Part shown: piece by piece, positions 62,901 to 64,000 of the stretch
Numbering within the stretch: position 1 is the stretch's first letter
Layout of the letters: each line of letters opens with the position of its first letter
NCBI GenBank assembly: GCA_963847705.1
Contig: CAWKBC010000027.1
Span: 96,001-160,000, forward strand
Length of the DNA: 64,000 bases
Reading direction: 5' to 3'
Source of the DNA: an uncultured Pseudomonadota bacterium
GTDB taxonomy: Bacteria > Myxococcota_A > Polyangia > Fen-1088
Notes under the pieces: model-generated
Databases searched by the model: none
The model's input: only the letters and a program-made list of their open reading frames with translations
What the model was told of the DNA's origin: nothing
Program-made: the position numbers and the translations under genes

Positions 62901-63251
62901 ATGCCCTCATCAACTGCGCCCCTCGTGGGGCGGCGCGGGCCTCAGCCCGCCAGCGGTGGTGGTCCGGCTTCGACAGGTCGCGCGCGCGCCGATCAAGCCA
63001 CGGTCGATCTGTCCGGCACAGTAAGGGCCACGTCGGGCAAGCACGCCGTTTACGTCGCCCTTTGGCGCGGCGAGGGGTTTCTCGAGCATCCCGTCCAACA
63101 GGTTAGACTGGCTGCTGGAGCCGAGCTGACGTTCACCTTCAGGGCGGCGCCCGGTCGCTGGGCGCCAAGTGCGTTCGAGGATCGCAATGACAACGGCGCA
63201 CTCGACATGGGGCACTTCGGGCCTAAGGAACCGGCCGGCTTCTGGCGATAA
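62901..63251 (+). pseudogene. DUF2141-like fragment
   Basis: VYVALW...AFEDRNDNGALDMGHFGPKEPAGF then a stop; N-terminus lacks a clean signal peptide. Confidence 0.5.
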
Positions 63252-63410
63252 CTTCCGCTGGCGATCGGAAAATCCCTTGTGAAATCAATGCGGTGGCGCG
63301 ACACCCGCGGTCCTCGCAGGAGCCACCGTTCGATTCTGTCAAAAGGCTGCCTGCTCCGATGGACCTGAGGGTACCCACATCCGGCGAGCCAGATCGGCTT
63401 CCGGAATCGA

Positions 63411-64000
63411 ATGAGGATTCATGCCGCATACCGGGGCCTGCTCGGCGCCGTGGGCCTCCTGACACTCGTCGCGAGCGGATGTGTTGGGACCCTGACGCAG
63501 GACACTCCGGACGCCGAGAGCAGGGGCGCTGGTGGATCGATAGGCAACGGCACCGGAGGGGCTGACCAAGGGAGCGGGGGAGATAGGGGTACCGGTGGTT
63601 CCCAGGTGACGGGAGAAGGTGGCCTCGTTGGTTCCGGGGGGATCGTCGGAAGCGGTGGAACGGAAACCGGAGGAAGTGGCTCCGGAGGAAGCGCGACCGG
63701 CGGAGTGATCGGAACCGGAGGAATCACGGGCACGGGTGGATTGACCGGCGCGGGGGGAGCGATCGGCACGGGTGGACTGACCAGTACCGGTGGAGTGAAA
63801 GGCACGGGCGGATCTGGAACGGGCGGCGTGAAGGGTACCGGGGGAGCCATCGGGACAGGGGGAGCCGGGAGCGGAGGGACAGGGGGCAGCGCCGCGCCCA
63901 CGTTCACCCAGATCTACACCACTGTCCTGGTCACCTACTGCTCCGGCAGTAGCTGCCACAACCCTGGGAGTCAGAAGGGCGTCAGCTTCGCCTCGCAGTC
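63411..64000 (+). CDS. Gly/Thr-rich lipoprotein with a CxxxxCH motif, 3' end outside the window
   Basis: MRIHAAYRGLLGAVGLLTLVASGC lipobox, long GTGG linker, then APTFTQIYTTVLVTYCSGSSCHNP; frame open to the window end, so absent from the ORF track. Confidence 0.82.
   Translation, partial: MRIHAAYRGLLGAVGLLTLVASGCVGTLTQDTPDAESRGAGGSIGNGTGGADQGSGGDRGTGGSQVTGEGGLVGSGGIVGSGGTETGGSGSGGSATGGVIGTGGITGTGGLTGAGGAIGTGGLTSTGGVKGTGGSGTGGVKGTGGAIGTGGAGSGGTGGSAAPTFTQIYTTVLVTYCSGSSCHNPGSQKGVSFASQ

Noticed and set aside
63419-63907. Pro-rich repeat ORF on the minus strand
   Set aside because: It is the reverse complement of the Gly-rich lipoprotein on the plus strand, which has a lipobox.

Overview
High-GC bacterial chromosomal DNA, most consistent with Myxococcota (inferred from gene types, not a database search). 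About 1.6-60.6 kb looks like one low-oxygen/dormancy regulon island. Signalling: two globin-coupled histidine kinases (AfGcHK/NmpU-like), a REC-PAS-kinase hybrid (NmpS-like), dual-REC (NmpT-like) and single-REC regulators, a sigma54 enhancer-binding protein (NmpR-like) and a sigma32-like factor. Outputs: a complete N-type ATPase operon (atpDCQRBEFAG), cytochrome bd (cydAB), glgP, ppsA, ppk2, an acyl-CoA ligase-GNAT, a Zn-ADH, 7 USP, 5 CBS, 4 YceI-domain, 2 hemerythrin-like and 2 cytochrome c'-like genes, BON, OsmC, VIT1, ZIP and a MacAB-TolC-type exporter. The strongest non-coding signal, found by eye, is a tandem pair of CGCA-N5-TGCG palindromes (usually 29-31 bp apart) in about 15 intergenic regions. 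These sit next to more than 20 sigma54 -24/-12 motifs at helically phased distances (about 33, 44, 54, 65, 75 bp). The island contains many gene remnants and frameshifts. No rRNA, tRNA, CRISPR array, integrase or transposase was seen. All calls come from motif recognition; no searches were run.
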